Shown here one piece after another: positions 12,526 through 26,900 of a stretch of 64,000 nt of DNA. Source of the stretch: Octopus bimaculoides (lineage: Eukaryota); contig NC_069002.1 in NCBI RefSeq assembly GCF_001194135.2, positions 27,383,705 through 27,447,704 on the forward strand. Direction: 5' to 3'. Every line of letters starts with the position of its first letter. Positions within the stretch are counted from its first letter, which is position 1. Position numbers and translations under genes: made by a program. The notes beneath the pieces were generated by a model, which ran no database searches, was not told where the DNA came from, and was given only the letters and a program-made list of their open reading frames with translations.

Positions 12526-14226
12526 ACTTTTTCACTTCCCGAGCATTAAACTAATACATCTTTTTGTTGTCTACACCACCTGTCTTCGTCTTTTGTTTTT
12601 CTGTGAATTCTCCCTATATATATACACATACAAATTCAAATTAAAATTCTGTTGAAATGTTTTGGAAGAATAACATGTTAATAACCTAACGATATATCTT
12701 GTTTTTTCCTTTTTTTCACTCCTCTGACGAGATTTTGCCTCCAAAAATGTTTTAATTACTGGAATTTAATACGTTTGGGCAATATTGAAACAGCTGTAAG
12801 GGAACATTTTTTCAGTTAACAGATCATATTAATGCTACTTCTCCATTTTCTGGACTTTAATTTGAATACTTATAAACAAAGTTTTATACTTAAGACTATT
12901 ACTTTATGAATATTACTATTTACAACAAAATAATACGTAACAAGCCAGTAATTCATTGGATATTTTCTATCCCTTATGGTGGTTATTTTAACCTCTGTTT
13001 AAACATATATGCACTAACTATTATGTTGTAAAAGTTGACTGACTGACTGATGGTTTTTCTTGCTCAGTCATCAGACTGAAGAGGACAAGACTAAACAAGC
13101 AGAAACTTCAAAATTACAGTTTCCTGGTAAAAGCTAACAATATGTATTCTATTAAAAAGTATTAAGTGACCATTTAATGTAAAATTCTTTTTATGTTCTT
13201 TTAAATTNNNNNNNNNNNNNNNNNNNNNNNNNNNNNNNNNNNNNNNNNNNNNNNNNNNNNNNNNNNNNNNNNNNNNNNNNNNNNNNNNNNNNNNNNNNNN
13301 NNAAATAAACACACACACCATCATCACCATCGTTTAACATCCGCTTTCCATGCTAGCATGGGTTGGACGATTTGACTGAGGACTGGTGAAACCGGATGGC
13401 AACACCAGGCTCCACTTGTTTATTATTGTTCCTATTTTATCTTACATCTATTGTCTGGAAATCTTGTCACACATCTGTGACCTCTTCAGCAACCCTTTCC
13501 ATCCATGTGTATCCTCCTGCTCTGCCTAGTCTATTCTGTCCTTATATGATGTGACACGTCATGTTATTATATATTTTGTTTTTACATTTGGATTGCCAGG
13601 TCCCTGAAGTGAATTTGTGTGTTGAAACAAGTCTTGTTGTGTCTTGGAAGGGTCGTCATGTCAATAACAATAATAGCACACCTACCTTGTTCTCCCTCCC
13701 CTCTCCCAATATAAAGAACAAGCAAATCCCAGCAGATGAGACTGAACTGACCTTTTGAACAAAAGTCAATTAGCAGCCATGTATTAGAACAGATAATATC
13801 AAATAACGATGAACAGAAATTCATGCTTTTTACATTCTAAGTTCAAATCCTGCTGTGGTCACCTCTGCCCTTTTTTATATTGGAATCAACAAAGTGAATT
13901 AGCAGTCATTACGAGTCATGTATCGGAATTGATAATATTGATTTCAAATTTTGGCACAAGGCCAGCAAGTTTGGAAAAGGGGATAAGTCGATCACATCAT
14001 CCCCAGTGCATAACTGGTACTTATTTCATTGACCCCGAAAGGATGAAAGGCAAAGTTGATCATGGTGACATTTGAATTTAGAACATAAAGATAAATGAAA
14101 TACCGCTAGGCATTCTGCCTGGTGCACTAACGGTTCTGCCAGCTCACTGCCTTACTGGAACCCATAATACTGATTAGCATATAACCATTCTGTCTGTGAG
14201 TCAGAATCTCAGGGTAGTATATATAT

Positions 14227-14350
14227 CAGTGCTCCGCAGTGTAGCCTGAATATCATTTTTGCCTCTGTACTTTCAGTTATATTCTTAGTTCAGGTGTACC
14301 ACCGAATTTTGGAAAAGAATATAAGTGTACCGCAAGATGGTGGAGCACTG
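14227..14350. mobile_element. Small MITE with 9-bp TIR
   Basis: cagtgctcc ... ggagcactg. Confidence 0.55.
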
Positions 14351-14354
14351 GTGT

Positions 14355-14680
14355 CATCATCATCATCAGCATCGTTTAACGTCCGCTTTCCATGCTAGTA
14401 TGGGTTGGACGATTTGACTGAGGGCTGGTGAAACCAGATGGCTGCACCAGGCTCCAATCTGATTTGGCAGAGTTTCTACAGCTGGATGCCCTTCCTAACG
14501 CCAACCACTCCGAGAGTGTAGTGGGTGCTTTTATGTGCCACCGGTACGAAGGCCAGTCAGGCGGTACTGGCAACAGCCACGCTCAAAATGGTGTATTTTA
14601 CGTGCCACCTGCACAGTTCAGCAGCACTGGCAATGATCTCGCTCGAACGACTTTTCATGTGCCACCAGCACAAGTGTGTA
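14355..14680 (-). mobile_element. Family B RTE-related element just downstream of the NUP107 3' end
   Basis: (cat)n-cgtttaacgtccgctttccatgctag... consensus. Confidence 0.85.
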
Positions 14681-14880
14681 TTCTACTTTTGGAGCATGTG
14701 GTTGGGTAGTTCTCAATCAACAAAATCTGTAAATATTCATAAACACACCAAAATAAAAAATGATAATTATTTATTTCTGGTGACTGAATCAAATAAAAAT
14801 GATAAAAAGTTTTTTTTTTTCTTTTGGTATTTTCATAAAATAAAAAAAACGGTTGATGCTGATGTTTATTTCTGTGTTGT

Positions 14881-15015
14881 TTAGGTGGCAGCCATTTCCA
14901 TCTCATAACTCATTGGATCTTCATAACCAAACGGATCCTGTTTCTGGTTTATTAATATCAAAGCTGATTGCCGCAACAATTTCAGAATCTGCTGCAAATC
15001 TTCCTGAGAGAAAAC
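14881..15015 (-). CDS. NUP107: NUP107 last coding exon ([44 protein letters not shown])
   Basis: cattctag acceptor; VFS.E.L...L..LR.S and DPxGY; TAA at 14883-14881; minus-strand AATAAA at 14870-14865 and 14775-14770. Confidence 0.96.
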   Translation of the reverse strand, partial: VFSQEDLQQILKLLRQSALILINQKQDPFGYEDPMSYEMEMAAT

Positions 15016-16751
15016 CTAGAATGTGACAAAAGAAAACCAGTTTCAACTCAGATATATTTTCTTTCAGTTTAACCCTTTAGCATTTAAACCAACCATATCT
15101 AACCAAAATATTCTACCTGCTTTATGTCCAAACAGGCCAGATCTGGCCTCTCACACTAACCCTACAATATCATTCTCAAAAACTACCACATCATCAAAAT
15201 CTTGAAGCTATGAGATAATGCATGAGTAATTCAAAACAATGTGAATAAACAAGTATTGCATTTAACAGAATAATTTGAACATTAAAGGGTTAAAACAACC
15301 ATTGTTATATGTGATTGTGTGTTTAAAACTCTCACTCTACTGTGATTGGAAGGATCAAAGTTTGTTAAGACAGATTTTCTATGGCTGTATGTTCTTTCTG
15401 TCACCAACCTTCACATGTTTTCAAGTAAGACAATATTTTCCAACCCCTAAATGGCTGGATGTATTTTCACAGAAGCTTGGAAATGGGGGACACCACTTGT
15501 ATAAATGGTAATGTTTTTGTTTAACTATTGCAGACGGGCGAGAGGTCTTGTGACATCTGTCCTGGTTGCTAGCATTAACAGCTTGGCACCTGTGACGACA
15601 CAGATGCCAAACAATATCGGCTCAAGTTAGCTGTGTTTGTCTTGGAGAGAGGGGGAGACTGGCATGTATGGACAACTGCCAATTATTTTCAAAAAAAAGC
15701 TAGCTTTACACTGATGCATACATGTGCACATGCACAATCCACCTTGAATGATGCACACACACACAGAGTTTTAGAACATCTACTCACTTCATAGAGGCAA
15801 TTCTTGTCATCTGTAACCAACTCTGAAAGCTGCATACACTCAGCATGGTGTTCTGCAAGGCTCAGAACTTGGTGAAGCTGTGTTACAAAATTTGGTACGT
15901 ATATCTGCCGAAGAAGTTTCATTTGATGATCCCGACTTTCATCGATGACGGTGTTCTACAAAAAAACGTAAAATAATTATTAGTTGACATTCTTTGGGTG
16001 AAATAAAAGAAATCCATAAGATATTGGGGCTTACAACAAAATTCACAAATCTTTAATCTTTTACTTGTTTCAGTCATTAGACTGTGGCCATGCTGGGGCA
16101 ACACCATGAAGAATTTTTAGTCAAATGAATTGACCCCAGTACTTTATATTTTCTAAGCCTAGTACTTATTCTCTTGGTCTCTTTTGCTGAACTACTAAGT
16201 CATGGGGACATAAACAAACCAACCCCAGTTGTCAGGCAGTGGTGTGGGACAAACACAGATGCAAAGACACACACATATATGTATACNNNNNNNNNNNNNN
16301 NNNNNNNNNNNNNNNNNNNNNNNNNNNNNNNNNNNNNNNNNNNNNNNNNNNNNNNNNNNNNNNNNNNNNNNNNNNNNNNNNNNNNNNNNNNNNNNNNNNN
16401 NNNNNNNNNNNNNNNNNNNNNNNNNNNNNNNNNNNNNNNNNNNNNNNNNNNNNNNNNNNNNNNNNNNNNNNNNNNNNNNNNNNNNNNNNNNNNNNNNNNN
16501 NNNNNNNNNNNNNNNNNNNNNNNNNNNNNNNNNNNNNNNNNNNNNNNNNNNNNCTGTGCAGCACAGAATTTTGTCAGTGAACAGGTCACGGTCTCAAAGC
16601 GACGAAAATATTTTGACAAATTAAATTTCAATGTTGAAGTGAATCTAACGGATTTTGTGCTATTTTAAACGGCTTATAAACACCTTCCACGCTGCAATTG
16701 TTTTCGTTCCAGCACACGATCTCAGATCAGGTCACTTGCTATGCAAGTACA

Positions 16752-16788
<37 letters not shown>

Positions 16789-17910
16789 GTATATATATCT
16801 TCTTTTATTCTTTTACTTGTTTCGGTCATTTGACTGCGGTCATGCTGGAGCACTGCCTCTAGTCGAACGAATTGATCCCAAGACTTATTCTTTGTAATAA
16901 GTCTAGTACTTACAAATTCACAGTGAATTTGGAGCAAGGCATGCATTTAGGGTTTGTAACAGAACATGCAACCAGAGATGCCTTATTTCTAGAGAGCCAA
17001 TTGCCAGAGAAGTCCTTAGCTACAAACATACAACACACCATAATCTAGTGTGTAAACAGTAGAGGAGGGACTTGTGAGGGTCATGAAGATTACACCCAAG
17101 GGGGTTGTGCATAACGACTGCAGTAAAGACTGTGAGAAATAGACATTCACTAGGGTTCTGTTCTCAGATAAGTTCTGTTGTCAACTGGTTGTCGAGGCTA
17201 AAATACAAGACTTCAGATATGGCTGTTCTTAGCAACATCTAAATAAGGTCTGTAGGTCAAGATCCAGATGGTCGACATGGCAACGACCAAAGTATTAATT
17301 ATTAACAGAGCATACATTCCAATATGATCTGGGAAGGAAGTGACCTTACTTGATACGTAGAAAGGAATACGTAATAAAACCAAAGGATATACAAAAGGTG
17401 GAATGAGATTTTTGTTAGCATGATGCAATTAAGGTCTTGGTTAAGGTTAGCTTAGGGTACTAACCATTTTGTGACCATAACCTCTGTTGAAATGTACTGT
17501 CTTTATTTTATGACATGTAAAAGGCACCCAGTCCACTCTGTAGCGTGGTTGGTGTTAGGAAGGGCATTTGACCAAAGAAATCATGCCATAGGGTAGCAAG
17601 CTGGCAGAAACGTTAGCACGCCTGGTGAAATGTTTAGCAGTATTTCGTCTGCCGTTATGTTCTGAGTTCAAATTCCGCCGAGGTCAACTTTGGCTTTCAT
17701 CCTTTCGGGGTCGATAAATTAAGTACCAGTTAATCACTGGGGTCGATGTAATCGACTTAATCCCTTTGTCTGTCCTTGTTTGTCCCCTCTATGTTTAGCC
17801 CCTTGTGGGCAGTAAAGAAATAAGAAACCATGGCAAAAGCAGACAATTAGAACCTGGATAGCTCCATGTGAAACCATTCAACTCATGCCAGTATGGAAAA
17901 CAGACACTGA

Positions 17911-17941
<31 letters not shown>

Positions 17942-17947
17942 TGGTGG

Positions 17948-17986
<39 letters not shown>

Positions 17987-20900
17987 CATTATTGAGTTGG
18001 TCTTTGGAACATAATGTGAAAGTTTGATGGAGGGTTTTAATTTAGATCTCTTTTTAAAACAAGAGGTTTACATCAAAGGACCCATGACAGTTAATTTTAG
18101 GCAGGTTGGTATCAAAAGGATGGAGGTTAGCTAAGGTCATTTAAGGTCTTTGCTCTTGTAGGACCAAGACCTTAAATGGCCTTAATGTACATGAATAATC
18201 AGCAGGCAGGGGCTTCAACAAAATTAAGTCCATGGCATACTCAAATGGTTAGGTGGATGTTGTATCTCAAGATGTTTGGTGTCATAAACAACACGAGAAG
18301 TCAAAGACTGTACCAATAGAAAAATAACATTATGATTGTGGTGGTGATGATGATGGTGCTGGTAATGGTGGCAGTAGACAAGTCACACTTTTACAGGAAT
18401 TGGTAGTTTGACTAAATTGCAGGCAAGGAATTTACACAAGGAAAGTTAATCTTAAAGTAAACACAACGAGAGTTTCAAACGTTTTATTACCATATTCGTG
18501 CTAACATATGCTGCCACTGTTTCAATTAATTTTCAAAACAAGGAAGAAGGCGCAGGAGTGGCTGTGTGGTAAGAAGCTTGCTTCCCAACCACATAGTTCC
18601 GGGTTCAGTCCCACTGCGTGGCACCTTGGGCAAGTGTCTTCTACTATAGCCTTGGATTGACCAAAGCCTTGTGAGTGGATTTGGTAGAAGGAAATATATC
18701 ATCATCATCATCGTTTAACATCCGCTTTTCATGCTGGCATGGGTTGGACTGTTTGACACGGAGCTGTCCAGACTAAAATTGTCTGTTGTGGCATGGTTTC
18801 TATGGCTGGATGCCCTTCCTATATATCAGCGTGTGTGTCTCTGTGTCTGTGTTTGTACCCCACCACCATTTGACAACTGGTGTCGGTGTGTTTACATCTC
18901 CATAACTTAGTGATTCAGCAAAAGAGACCAACAGAATAATGACTATGCTTCAAAAAATAAGTCCTAGGGTCGATTTGTTTGACTAAAACCCTTCAGGGTG
19001 GTGCCCCAGTATGGCCAGTCAAAAATCACTGAAACAAAAGAATTTATTAAAATAACGTTCTAATTATTAAGCTGGGGCCTGGAACAAATTAGCATAAAAT
19101 TTAGATGGAGGATTACAATTATGTCATAAAACTTGGGGATGGTCACAGGTGGGTCGGCATTAAAAGGGTTGAGATACTTACACTACGTTTGTCAACCATC
19201 CAACCTCCTTCGGGAAATAGCAGGACATTGTAGATTCTACCTTTGGTTGTCTGAAAACAAAATACTTTAATATTTAATTGATTGTTCATTTAAAAATATC
19301 TGAGACAAGAATCACAGGACAGATTTTATGGGTAAGGCCAAAACTGGCAGGAGACCTTGGAAAAGACCACCAGTGAGATGGTTGCATATCCAAAACACTT
19401 GGTCTTGTTAAAGAATCCAGCCAGAATATTTGCTGATCATGGCCTCTGTTAGGAATCCTCTGGAGAATATCTTGGCAGATTCTGCCCCCACACAACTTGT
19501 TACAGGAATAGTGAGCCATGGGTATTTTTATAAACAATTGTAACAATAAACGATAAATCAACCTTTATATTAATCAAAATATAAAGGCAACGTTGACCTC
19601 GGCGACATTTGAACTCTAAGCTGGGAAAAATGCCGCTAAGCATTTTTACCAGGGTGCTAATGATTCTTCCCACTTGCCGCCTTATATATGGTCAATATTG
19701 ACCGCTGGAGGTCTTAGGTGGATTATAGTCAGACAAAGACATCATTTTGTGTTTAATCCAATTTGTACATCAACAACTGAGCTCAACGAATATAAGTCAA
19801 TTAAAATACTTACTCTTGTCTGCATAGTGAACCGATGTTTCCATTGGTCCAGTTCAATCTCAAACTGCTTGAATTCATGTTCATAAGCTATCCGGTCTTT
19901 GAAGTCAGCATTTTCCGGCCTCTCTGGAGCAGAGGGTTTGCTGTGGTGATATAATTCAAACCAGTCGTTGAAAGACTCAATGGCATCCTAAGGAAGAAAT
20001 ATGAAATGGTGCTGTTAGAATAAGAGTTACGAGTGATAATAGAAAAAAAGAATGGTGATTGTTAGTATAATAATACAGAGTGATAACACAAGACAAAAAT
20101 GAAAGATGTACAAAAGAACTCTTGTCTGCAATCATCATCATCATCCAGTGTTTTAAAATCTGGGTTTTGTCCCCATTAATGGGGGTAGCCGGATCTACCT
20201 CAATGCCATAGCAACCGAGGTAGGCAGGTGCAGGCCACCCCAACCTTTGGGCTGGCTGGTGCCCATTCTCCTTTGCTATCATGAGGCTTTTTTGGAGATG
20301 GATTTTTCTAAGGGAAGCATGCCCTTGCTTACCCCCAACCTCAGTTTCTAGACATGAGTGGACCTAAGACCAAGACCTCTAACACACCAGAATTGGTTGT
20401 CAAGCGAAGTTGAGGGGACAAACGCAGACACACAAACATATACACACGCATACATATATATATATATATATATATACGATAGGCTTCTTTTCAGTTTCCA
20501 TCTACCAAATCCACTCACAAGGCTTTGGTCGGCCCGAGGCTATAGTAGAAGACACTTGCCCAAGGTGCCATGCAGTGGGACTGAACCCGGAACCATATGG
20601 TTTGTAAGCTAGTTACTAACCACACAGCCACTCCTACGCCTATACGTGTAAAATACATTATTACATCACCTGATGAGGTACTTCTGCACCATGGGATGTA
20701 CTGAAATTAATTGAATGGTTTCCTGCCCAGGAGGGAGTGATGCAGGGTGTGTCAAAACGATTGTTGTGATCAATTAAGTTTCCTGTACATTCTACTTTCC
20801 GTCTCTATTGCTTCTATCATACCCAGCGTACACCGAGGAATTCCTGATGTAGATCCAGCAATGATTGTGCAATTACTATGGATGACACCAGGTAGCCATT

Positions 20901-23900
20901 AGCAGTGAACATGCTCTATCAGCATACTACTAGGGACATACCCAACATACAAATTTCAATTTTAATTTTTATATATACATATGCACATATGAATGTGTGT
21001 ATATACATATGTATGTATATCATCATCATCGTTTAACGTCCACTTTCCATGCTAGCATGGAATGGACGATTTGACTGAGGACTAGTGAACCAGATGGCTA
21101 CACCAGGCTCCAATCTGATTTGGCAGAGTTTCTACAGCTGGATGCCCTTCCTAACGCCAACCACTCAAAGAGTGTAGCGGGTGCTTTTACGTGCCAACAC
21201 ACACTCGAAATGAAAACAAATTTATTGGCAATAACAGTGTTTTTAAACTAAAAAAAAGCCGAAGTACAGAAGGGATCAGAGGAAAAACAGGGGCTACAAG
21301 AACAAATGATGAGGGGAAACAGAGAAACTTACCAGACAAGCCTTGATGCAGTGATATTCCCTCACAACATTCTCTTCATGAGTAGCAAGTTCTTCAGAGC
21401 CAAACTACATAAAAGTTAAAAAAAGAAACAACAAATGAAAAAAATTAATCAAAATACTGATAGTGGTACCATCCTCTGGCACTCTAGGTTTTCTCCTATT
21501 TCATGCAGGAACAACATTTGCATACATTATATACAGGCAGTATGTATATATTTTATCTATGAGCACTCACATAGACACACACACACAGACATATATATAT
21601 TGGATCATCCTCCCCCAAATTTCAAGCCTTGTGCCTATAAAAGACAAGAAGATCACTTCATAACTAAGTGATGTTGTATTTGGTCCCTGCATGCAGTTCT
21701 TTGGGAAAATGTCTTCTCCCATCTCTTCTGGTTGATGGATGTTATGTCAGTGGGACTTGGAAGATGGAAACTGTGCAGAAGCCCATAGGTGTGTCTATAC
21801 ATGTGTGTGTGAGGTGAGTATGTACATATGCTAGCATGGAAAGCAGACGTTAAACAATGATGATGATGATGAATGGATCATTTCTTTTACATTTATTTCA
21901 GTCACTGGACCGTGGCCATGCTGGTGCATCATCTTGGGGGTTTAGTTGAACAAATCGACTGTAGTACTTATTTTTTAAAGTCTGGTTCTTGCTATTGGTT
22001 TCTTTTGCTGAACCGTTAAGTTACAGGGACATAAACAAACCAACAATGGTTGTTGAGCAACGATCGGGAGGGGTAGGCACAAATACCAATATACACACAC
22101 ACACATACATGATGGCCATCCACACAGTTTCCCTTCTACCAAATTCCCACACAAAGCATTGGTCAGCCTGAGGCTATAGTAGAATACACTTGCTCAAGGC
22201 GCTGTACATGGGACTGAACCTGAAACCATGTGGTTGCAAAGTGAGCTCTTAACTACACAGACAAGCAAACCAATAACACTTGAGCTTTCAGATAAAAATC
22301 CCTTGTGTGGTATTTGTTCTGTCCTAGTTACATAGGCCCTCCTCTGTTACTGTCACCACTGTAAATGCTAAATGCAGTTAAGCAGTGACAGGCCAGCAGA
22401 AAGCTTGTAAGCAACACCACTAAAATTTACAAAATGCCATATAAAATATATAAACGATAGATCATTAAGTCTACAGCTAACGTGAAATTATTGATGTAAT
22501 TATTTACTGACCTTCTCATGCCAGATTCTTGTGATAATGCCAACAGAATCAGATGGCAGTTTCTCAAAGACTTGTCTTGCAGCTGTTGGTTTATTCATGG
22601 CTATAATACACAAAGAACGAATATTTAATACATGGATCCCAGAGAGCTTTATACTTACAACTGTTAGTAACAATATGAGGATTATTGCAAGCTCTTCTTG
22701 CAATATTTACAAAGAATATGAGGCTCTTGGTAAGCTTCCCATTTAACTCTTGCATTACCAATCTGCCTGAGACCACCCCTGGTTCTTTAATACAATCTTC
22801 AAGTTCTTAAAGTGAACTAAAATAAGACCTTTCATTAAAACTTCATGCTAATTTAAGTTTGAAAGACGGTTTATAATGATAGTTGTTTTACTAAATTTTT
22901 CATTATTTTCAAAATTAATTGAAACAAAAATAATGTAGAAAATTACTCTTTTTAAATCTCACAACGTGAGATATTCAGCAACAGTACTTTGTAGTAAAGA
23001 TTGTTTGCCAACATAACATGGCAGTCCTGGTTTAGGACGAATGTTGCTGTAATTTATCCCCAGGAGACATCGTCTCCAGCTGGCTGTATGACATGATCTG
23101 TGTTTGAAAATATAAGGACACAAATTGTGTTGTATAGCCAACTGGAGACAATATGTAGTCATGTAGGTATATATTGGTGGTGAAAATCCCAAATGCCTTT
23201 TTGGATATGTACAAGAGGGAGCTGAAAAATTCCTGGCTTTAAGGGTATCATGAAAGGCCTGGTTGGAGGCCCAATCTTCCCAGTTCTTTTACAGGGCTTA
23301 GAAAAACTGAAGGATTGCTGTAATAAGTGTGTGAATCAGAGAGGGGAATATGTTCAATAAAACCATAATTAACTGATCCTCCTGTATTTTCTTTTACCTA
23401 AAGCCAGGAACTTTTCAGCATGCCCTTGTGTACCATATATCATATGATAATGTAGATATGAAGAGAAAAAGAGAGAGAGAGAGAGAGAGAGAGAAATACA
23501 GGTGAGGGGACAGGTAGACAGGTATAGGAGCAAAGGTTTAGTATAGAATGGTAATATTGGGGAGAATATCCTTACCCAAGAAACCTCGCATGACAGCATT
23601 TGCTTGCTTAACAGCTTCCAATCGCTGCGATGGATCAAATGTTAACCAATCAATAGCTTCAATTTTCTGTTTGTCTTCCTAAAAAATAAAATTAAAATAA
23701 TTAAAAAAAAAATATTGATTGGGGTTTGATAAACTGAGGCCCTCACAGAAGAAAAGGCCATGACATTAATCAGAGAAATAGTGAAGAAATCATTATCATC
23801 ATCATTTAATGTCCATTTTCCATGCTGGCATGGGTTGGATGGTTTGACAAGAGTTGATCAGCTGAAGAGCTGCCTGGGCTACAATGTCTGTTTTGGCCTG

Positions 23901-26900
23901 GTTTTTACAACTGGATGCCCTTCCTAATGCCAACCACTTTACAGAGTGTACTGGGTGCTTTTACATGGCACCAGCATCCACAAGCCTGCAAGATTAGGAA
24001 TGCTCAGCTGCAGGGAGATACAGGGGTCAAGCCTGTATGCAAGGGCAACCACATTTTTTACTTAACTTGACATGTCTTTTCAAGCACAGCAAACCACAAG
24101 GAATCTTGGTCCCCTGTCATCTTCTCTGTGAGTCCCAGCGTCTGTAGTCCCTTTCTTGTGAAGAACTGTTCAAGTAAATCTTAAATAGGTTGGCCATTAT
24201 TTAACTTAAGGTGCCAAGATAGCAGAAACATTAGCATGCTAGCTAAAATTCTTAGCAGCATTTCTTTCAGCTTTTCACATTCCGAGTTCAAATTCCACTG
24301 AAGTCAGGTTTGCTTTTCGTCTTTTCAGGGCCAATAAAATAAGTACCGGTAGTGTATTGTGGATTAGGTAATCAACTAACCCCACTCCACAATGCCAGAA
24401 TGCAGAGAAACAGCTCAACAAGAACAGGTATGCAGTCATTGATCTTACCTTTGATATGGTAGAATTAATATTACTTGTTGGCAGGTTTACCATGGGATCA
24501 TCTCTCTTACGAATATTCTCAACAACTGTTTTCGTAATGACATCCACAGCAAGACCAGCTTCTTTGGCAAGTTCCAAATATAAATGGCGCTCATCCTTCT
24601 TCTCTACACCTGTTTACATCGACGAGTTAAGAAAAGGAAAACAGAATAAAGATGAACTTTAGTGAACATACAAGTGTGTGTGTGTGTGTGTATGAGTGTA
24701 GCAGAAGTGTGAATGAAGCATTGTGTGATGTTTTAGGCTCAGATCAAAGCTGTTCAAAAGAGACATAAAAGAAAGTGGAAACTGTTGTTTTGAACATTGA
24801 ACAAACAAACGAAACTACAAGACATTTATTTACTCACCTTCCAAAAACAAAGCATAAGCACTGGCCTGCCAACTTCTTGGTAGCGTGGCAACGTAGGTTG
24901 CTACTTGGTGCACCATTTTATTTTGGATTAACAAATCTACATAGCCTTGTAAAATTTCATTACATTTCTCTTCCTGGAATAAAAAATTTAATAATGATAG
25001 CATGTAGAATATTTGGTTAAAAGACCCCCCAGGGATGGTAAAAAATGAAGGTTGCCCAACCTTTCACTTTTTTTCCATCCACTGGTTATTATTTGTAGCT
25101 TTTAAGGAGGGGAACTGGCAGAATTGTTTGCGTACCGATCAAAATGCTTGGTGGCATTTTATACATTTGCCTTTCATTCTTTTGGGGTTGGTAAAATAGG
25201 TACCAGTTGTGTACTGGGGTCAATAAAACTGACTAGCTCCCTTCCCTGAACTTGCTGGCCTTGTGCCAAAATTTGAAACCATAAAGCTAGAAATGCAGCT
25301 TTATCTATAGTTTTACTGTCAACAAAAAATAATTTACCTCAATTCTCTTAAAGTTTCTTAATTCATTTTAATGTGAAAAAAATAAACATGAATAATAAAT
25401 CGTTATAGATGAAATTAATAAATTTTCAAATGAGAGAAAAAAATAAAAATTCCACCTTTGTTGTTGGCACTGGCGGTAGTGGTGGGTGGGTGGTTCTGTC
25501 ATCATTATTGTCATAATTATTTTCATGTTCATCATTAATTATTTGGAATGCCTGTATTTTAAGGTGCCACAAATTGGACAAACAGAAGATAAAATTTTAG
25601 ATTTTTTGCCAGTAACCCTAAATTGCCTACATTCTTTGTTTTTGCATCTGTGTCTCTGGAGAGTTGGGATATTTCTAGAATTTTATCATTTATTGCCAAG
25701 AGGAAAAGATATGTTAGCAGACAGTAATCCCAAAGGAAAGTAGCAGAAACAACCAGAGAGTAACACTTAGATTTAATGACCATACTTGTGGATATGGTCA
25801 CACATAGCTAACAGTTCATAGTTTTAATGGTTAATGTGGTTGGCATTAGGAAGGACATCCAGCAGTAGAAACCATGCCAAAGAGGATATTGGGTTCTGAC
25901 ACAGCTCTCCAGTTTGTCAAACACTGTAAAACTGTCCAACTCCAGCATGGAAAATGGACAGATGATGATGGCTTGTGATATGGTTAGATAGAGAGCCATC
26001 ATCATCATAACTGTTAGTGATCTATGTGAAAGCAAGATTTATTTTTTTTATTAAAGGTGTATTTGAATTAATTTCTTACCTTTTCTTCTAGACCAACAGT
26101 CCGCAATACTAAAACCAAATGAGCCATGAACCGTACCAAATGCTGTGGAATTTGACTATCTTTCTTCAACCAGTCATGCATGGTATCGACCAAACCTGAT
26201 AACAGAAATCAGAAATTCAAATCACAAGCACCGACAACCCTTATATCTTTGGAATAAACTTTTAATTAATTAATTAAAAAATAAAATAAAATAAAATAAT
26301 AATCTCGAGTTTAAACTTACTGCTGGTATCATTCAGAACAATATATTTTTGGATCACATTAAACCAGATTTTGCTCTCTTCTTGTATTTCCTACAAAAAC
26401 AGACGTAGAACATGAAATTGGAGATCACTAACATGTTTTCCTTTTGAATTACAGGTACAATCTGACAGGCTTCCATACAGTTTCCATCTACCCAATTTCA
26501 CTCAGAAGAGATGGGTTGCCCCAAGACTGTAGAAAATGACATTTGCCCAAGGTACCATGCAATGGAATTGAAACCAGAACCTCATATTTGCAAAACAAAT
26601 TTCTTAACCATCTGGTTGTATTATGCTGTACTGCATGTGTTATAAAACAGTATAATCTATAGTAAGATAAGCTAACGTAAAGATATAAAAGAAGTGTTGT
26701 AATATTTAAAAGTGTACAACGTTCCATATTCAAGATTTAGTGGCTGGCTTTTGATTTCATGAACTGGTAGCATCTTTCTTTGAAACCAAGGAAAAGATAA
26801 TGGTATATGGATATCATCATCATCATTATTATTTAACACCCTTTTTCCATGCTGGCATGGGTTGGACGGTTTGACAGGAGCTGCACCAGACTTCAGTTGT

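Noticed and set aside
14294-14380. Apparent plus-strand exon VPPNFGKEYKCTARWWSTG
   Set aside because: It lies inside a small TIR element and runs into a family B (CAT)n tail.
18549-18625. tRNA gene calls at SINE heads
   Set aside because: A/B-box-like motifs continue straight into SINE bodies and no complete cloverleaf forms.
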